Source: Octopus bimaculoides
Lineage: Eukaryota
Direction of reading: 5' to 3'
Assembly (NCBI RefSeq): GCF_001194135.2
Contig: NC_068983.1
Span: 113,966,399 to 114,030,398, forward strand
Length of the DNA: 64,000 bases
This document shows positions 61,939-64,000 of the stretch, one piece after another. Each line of letters begins with the position of its first letter. Position 1 is the stretch's first letter. The translations under genes and the position numbers were made by a program. A model generated the notes under the pieces. That model did no database searches, was not told the DNA's origin, and saw only the letters and a list, made by a program, of their open reading frames with translations.

Positions 61939-62154
61939 TTATAGGTTGGGATGAGCTCGGAACAAGAGCATACTACCTACTTCAAGTTTTAAAGTCACAA
62001 TTTCATTGGCAGACATGAAAAACACAGAACCTGGTTGAAGTTTCAGAGGGTTCGCAAGCGACCTTGTGGTTCCCTCAGCTTTGCCACTAATTACAATACA
62101 GATACTGGCATTTTGTAGAGGTCTCAGTTGATACTGAGCCACATCTCCCGGAAG
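61939..62154 (-). CDS. MPI: Mannose-6-phosphate isomerase, terminal coding exon (convergent gene; upstream exons not found)
   Basis: Minus strand ttttcttttcag|CTT CCG GGA...; LPGDVAQYQLRPLQNASICIVISGKAEGTTRSLANPLKLQPGSVFFMSANEIVTLKLEVGSMLLFRAHPNL* aligns by eye with the type I PMI C-terminus (human [24 protein letters not shown]...LQRGGVLFIGANESVSLKL...LLIFRACCLL). Confidence 0.88.
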   Translation of the reverse strand, partial: LPGDVAQYQLRPLQNASICIVISGKAEGTTRSLANPLKLQPGSVFFMSANEIVTLKLEVGSMLLFRAHPNL

Positions 62155-63895
62155 CTGAAAAGAAAAACATCAAGAACTAGAAATAACAGCAAAAAGCTTA
62201 TTAAATATACATATATATATATATAAAGCATCAGTAAGTTTCCACAAATAATTTATGAAATAATCCTATAAAAATTTACTAAGTCACTGAGAAAGTTTGC
62301 TTCAATAAGTAAAAAGAAATAATACACAAAATTACACTACCAACAGTACTTACAAATACTATTAGTAAAGTGAAACAACGAAGGAACCTCTTAAATTAGT
62401 AGCCAAATCTCCCTCATTCACAAATTATCTCAACAAGGCAAATAGGATAATGTAATCCTAGAGAATCCATCTGACAACAGGGGGGATGGCTATGGTTGGA
62501 ATACCTTTGATTATAGATCTACTTTTTTTAGAGTTCCTCAGATTACTATCATCAATGTATTATTTATATTTGGCAATTTATAGTGCAGATTAACTTTTCA
62601 TGTATAACTAGTTCCGTACAATATATTCACTTACAACACTAATCTAATTACATCACTAATCCTGAATGAACTCATAATGACAATCTACTGCCCATGTACT
62701 GAATTTCAATATTTTAAAATATATATTCTTTTATTTATTTGTCATTTGGAGTAGGTTTTATATTTCGAACTCCTTTGTAAACTTTTACATCTCATGACAA
62801 AGTATTTGAATAATTATCTTGGCATTTATGAATCTGTCATTTAGTCAACACATTTGTGCAAATATACCAATTGGCTATAAAAAAGAACTACATTTATTTC
62901 TTGTTAAATTTATTTGGATTCAAATTATCTTATTTATATATAACAGTAACTTCTCATGAAACTTAAACTGTCTGCAATAAGTCAAAAGACACCAGATTTA
63001 AGTGTTACGGGTTTATTGAATAAATAAATCATAGGCAACATTATCTCATTGTTAATGGATTTTCATTTGGCTTCTTCAAAAACAGAGAGAGAGAGAGAGA
63101 GAATGTGTTTGAGTTACATGTATTTAATAACAGTTTGATTCAGCTCCACATAAAGTTTCATTAGCATAGAAAATGTCTACATCATCAGATATTTAGTATC
63201 AGAATTAAAGGAATCTAAAATGGTTTCTGGGTGGGAGCATTTAAGCATCTATTGGTCAGTTCAGGCCACATTGTTGTCTTACTTAACCTAGAAGTATCAG
63301 TTCTTACATTAACTGCTACATACACATGGTGGAACAGACAATCTGCATTCTGAAGGGTGTAGTATTTCAGCAACAGCAGTGAGCAAAAGGGGAGATAACC
63401 AATTTGATGGAGTTATGTATTTGTGTGACAGTAATCTCTGATATATATTGACTTTGTGTAAGGGTCAAGTAGGTCTAAAGTGTTATGTCCAGATTAGTGG
63501 GAGCCAATGATTTGAAGTTTATTAATAGAGCACAGCTCTAGTGACAATAGAATATGCCAGCTTTCCTACTGATGGAAACTGTAGGATGGTAGAGTATGTA
63601 CATAAAGAGAGGCTCTGTCAAGGCTATTCCATGTGATATTGAGGAAGTCATTTCGATGGTCCTGGAGATTATAGATAAAACAGGACAGAGGTAAAGGGGG
63701 ATTATCAATCTGGGCAAAATACTTTATAAGATCTGTTCATACACCAGGCTAACAAAAATTTACTATATTACTAAAGAATTTCACGTAATCTTGTAGCAGG
63801 GTCCAAGGATATAGTTCGCCACCATTGGTCCTTATATATTCCTTTATTGCAGTAAATTTGACTTACACCTGTTTCCGATAATCATTATAGGTTTG

Positions 63896-63896
<1 letters not shown>

Positions 63897-63941
<45 letters not shown>

Positions 63942-64000
63942 ACATAAATATGTATGTATATAAATTATATATGAATATATATATATATATATATATATAT
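63897..64000. repeat. (TA)n microsatellite, interrupted
   Basis: Direct reading. Confidence 0.95.

Overview
AT-rich, repeat-dense eukaryotic DNA with four larger N gaps or stubs plus one more short stub. The SINE/LINE content suggests a coleoid cephalopod, probably Octopus (inference). Most of the window is one gene on the + strand, the WDFY1/2 orthologue (WD40 repeats plus FYVE). I could place 11 coding exons (exons 2-12 in human numbering, 12870-55323), all with canonical splice sites and continuous phase; exon 1 was not found and probably lies upstream. Intron 5 (35677-38681) carries clear U12 minor-spliceosome signals. The last coding exon of a convergent mannose-6-phosphate isomerase gene (MPI) is on the - strand at 61939-62154. 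The introns hold mariner, Tigger, piggyBac-like and hAT DNA transposon remnants and MITEs, RTE, R4/Dong and Penelope-like retroelement fragments, several tRNA-derived SINE families and microsatellites. The most unusual signal is two families of minimal type I hammerhead-ribozyme-like motifs. One sits in the tail of a tRNA-headed, (TAA)n-linked SINE-like element, which also occurs as a head-to-head inverted dimer flanked by a 12-bp direct repeat in intron 9. The other has a CCGAUGA core variant. Several inverted repeat pairs should make long dsRNA in the pre-mRNA. No prokaryotic-type systems (CRISPR, operons) are supported.
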